DNA of 64,000 bases, from positions 192,001 through 256,000 of the forward strand of contig JAVJNR010000003.1 of the NCBI GenBank assembly GCA_040217195.1. Direction: 5' to 3'. This DNA comes from Leptospiraceae bacterium. Lineage in GTDB: Bacteria > Spirochaetota > Leptospiria > Leptospirales > Leptonemataceae. Below, in pieces: positions 61,688 through 64,000 of this stretch (its first letter is position 1; each line of letters opens with the position of its first letter). The notes beneath the pieces are model-generated. The model did not search any database and had not been told where the DNA came from. It saw only the letters and a program-made list of their open reading frames with translations. Both the position numbers and the translations under genes were made by a program.

Positions 61688-62914
61688 ATGTCTCCCTGGC
61701 GAATTCCATTGCTCAGTCTCGTCATTCTGGCCCTTTCCACCGGAATCCTCTTGCTGGCCTCCCCGGCCCGACAGACGGTTGCACCCCGGCTCTCCGGTGC
61801 TCAGATTTACGGAAAGATTCAGGGGTTGGGTCCGGGCTGTGCTGGTTGCCATCTGAGCGTAAAACTGGGTCTGGACGGACCGGCCGCCTCGGGTCTAAGC
61901 AAGGGAATACACCCTGTGCGAAAAAAACTTCTGGAGCATCCGTTCTTCGAATTGGACTCCCGGGAATGTACCGGCTGTCATACGAAAGTCCACAAGTCCT
62001 GGAACGATTCTGCCCATGGTCAATCATTCAGTAATCCCATCTTTCAACATGCATTCAAAAGGGACAAAAAGGCCTGGTGCTTGAACTGCCATGCCCCCCT
62101 CTGGGAACCGGACTCCATGGATCCAGAGCAAATCGCCAGAGATCCGGATTTTCGTGCGCTTTACGCTCAGGGAATTAACTGCGCAACCTGCCATATACGG
62201 AATGGTGCCATTGTTGGTCCCACGAACTTTTCCGGTAGAGAAGAAGAACTATTTCATCCAGTGACCTACGATCCAGGGTTGGGCCGGGAAACCTTCTGCG
62301 CAGGCTGTCATCAGTTTAACTTTGTAGATAAGTTGGAACCTTTCGTCGTGTATGCAAACGATATGGCCATGCAAAACACAGTAGCCGAGTTTACAGAGCA
62401 TCGCAAAACTCTGCCTTCCAATCTGAAAAAACAATGCGTTGATTGTCATTTCAGTCCAGAACATCAATTAAAAACCGCAATCCAGACTTCCAGCACACCA
62501 GAGATAGAACTAACTCTGAAGCTGGAGCGCCTGTACCAGAAGACTGAAAAGACAAACAACTATCGACTGACCTGGAGTATCCAGATGAACAACCTGGGGC
62601 ATCATTATCCCACAGGAGATCTATTCCGGATTCTTACTCTGTACGCTTACGACAGTAGCGGAAATGAAGTCTATCGATACGACTTTAGAAAAGAGGTTCG
62701 AGTCATCGATCGCGCCCTTGTTCGCGATACAACACTGAAACCTGAGGCTGGATCAATGATCGCCCGAAGAAATTCAGAAGTTTTTCTCTCGGTGCCAGCA
62801 AAACGGTGCGAACTGGTATACCGATTACAGGGAAGCATAGAGCCAAAAATTCATTCGGAATTCGAAACCGGCGTCCTGAGAAAAACTCTGTATAGCGGTC
62901 CATGCAAGAAATAG
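61688..62914 (+). CDS. Multiheme c-type cytochrome (6 CxxCH)
   Basis: CAGCH, CTGCH, CLNCH, CATCH, CAGCH, CVDCH; signal peptide; GHHYPTG. Confidence 0.9.
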   Translation: MSPWRIPLLSLVILALSTGILLLASPARQTVAPRLSGAQIYGKIQGLGPGCAGCHLSVKLGLDGPAASGLSKGIHPVRKKLLEHPFFELDSRECTGCHTKVHKSWNDSAHGQSFSNPIFQHAFKRDKKAWCLNCHAPLWEPDSMDPEQIARDPDFRALYAQGINCATCHIRNGAIVGPTNFSGREEELFHPVTYDPGLGRETFCAGCHQFNFVDKLEPFVVYANDMAMQNTVAEFTEHRKTLPSNLKKQCVDCHFSPEHQLKTAIQTSSTPEIELTLKLERLYQKTEKTNNYRLTWSIQMNNLGHHYPTGDLFRILTLYAYDSSGNEVYRYDFRKEVRVIDRALVRDTTLKPEAGSMIARRNSEVFLSVPAKRCELVYRLQGSIEPKIHSEFETGVLRKTLYSGPCKK

Positions 62915-62972
62915 ACATCTCCAGACCAACTATAGTTCAGCTGCTTTTCAAGACCCGGGAAACGTTAAATCA

Positions 62973-64000
62973 TCAATGGCGCACCAGGTGCACGCTGGAC
63001 CCGGAGCTTGTTTTTTTCAAATGCAGCTGGCAGGGTATAGTGCGTTTTAGTTCGGATACATGAGAGATAATTCCCACCATTCGGTTTTCGCGGATCTCCT
63101 CCAGAATGTTCATGGCCCGATTCAAGGCCTCTTCATCAAGTGTACCGAAGCCCTCGTCCAGAAATAGAGAATCCATTTCAATAGTGCCTGCTCGCTCCTG
63201 TATGACGTCTGCAAGTCCCAGAGCCAGGGACAGAGATGCCAGAAACTTTTCTCCTCCGGATAGCGATTTGACGCTTCGCGGCACTCCTGTATGGGCATCC
63301 ATAATGTCCAGATTCAGTCCAGTTTGCCGGTTCTGATGCTCAATATCTGCATTCACTATCAGAGCGTATCTGCCGTCGGAAAGCCTGGAAAGTCTGTGAT
63401 TCGCATGGTCCGTAACATCCCTCAGATAGTAATTCAGAACAAAATTCTCAAAGTTTACCTTCTTGCGATTGAAACCGGCCAGGTCATCTGCTAACTGGAA
63501 CAGAGCTCGGTTCTGAGTTTGAAGATTCTTGATTCGCTCCTGTAGCTCGGATCGTCGCTTCTTCTGTCTGGTAATTTCCTCCAGCGCCGATCGCTTGCCT
63601 TCAATTTCCTTTTCCAGTGCATCCACTCTAATGCCAATCTGCTGGATCTGATCTGCAACGATTTGAGCATCCGGTCTGGTCTTCCCGAAAAGCTCCTTTT
63701 TCAAGTTTTTGAGAATAGTCTGAACCCGCTCCAGATTCCTGTCAAAGTCCTGGAGTCGCTCATTCTGTATGACGAACTCTTTCTCATCCATGGAAGCCTG
63801 GCGTACCTGATCCATGGATTCAAACCCGGCTTTCTTTAGCTGCTTTTCAAGGCTCTTAAGCCTATCCTTTTTTTCCAGGGATGCCTGTTTGAGTTGCTCT
63901 TCCACGGACTTCAGGTTTGCCTGATTGCTACTGCTGGCCTCGGCATGCTCCCTTTCCATTCTATCGATAGACGCCATGTCTGTTTCAATTTGTGCAGATT
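62973..64000 (-). CDS. sbcC: SbcC exonuclease ATPase subunit, C-terminal part (truncated by the window edge)
   Basis: Coiled coil, LSGGE signature, FLDEGFGTLD, IISHV. Confidence 0.9.
   Translation of the reverse strand, partial: SAQIETDMASIDRMEREHAEASSSNQANLKSVEEQLKQASLEKKDRLKSLEKQLKKAGFESMDQVRQASMDEKEFVIQNERLQDFDRNLERVQTILKNLKKELFGKTRPDAQIVADQIQQIGIRVDALEKEIEGKRSALEEITRQKKRRSELQERIKNLQTQNRALFQLADDLAGFNRKKVNFENFVLNYYLRDVTDHANHRLSRLSDGRYALIVNADIEHQNRQTGLNLDIMDAHTGVPRSVKSLSGGEKFLASLSLALGLADVIQERAGTIEMDSLFLDEGFGTLDEEALNRAMNILEEIRENRMVGIISHVSELKRTIPCQLHLKKTSSGSSVHLVRH

Overview
Gene-dense bacterial window, most likely from a Leptospiraceae/Leptospirales spirochaete (inferred from a HAMP-SpoIIE-TPR phosphatase, tandem DUF1554 endostatin-like lipoproteins, a 7TM-DISM adenylate cyclase and many lipoproteins). 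Most of it is accessory metabolism and regulation: lipid enzymes, hydrolases, and ArsR/MocR/MarR/TetR/MerR regulator-target pairs with readable operators. It ends in a truncated sbcC. The standout is a tightly coupled six-gene operon at 21.7-35.0 kb: small membrane protein, membrane-anchored vWA protein, intact FtsZ/tubulin-like GTPase, degenerate membrane-bound tubulin paralogue, membrane-anchored catalytically degenerate YprA/Hrq1-type helicase, and a Zn-ribbon protein. Also notable: a ~85-bp non-coding element found at 15.8 kb and 59.6 kb, a uORF/hairpin leader in front of an RNHCP gene, and a frameshifted phosphatase. No rRNA, tRNA, CRISPR array or transposase was recognised. All family calls come from reading motifs by eye, not from database searches.
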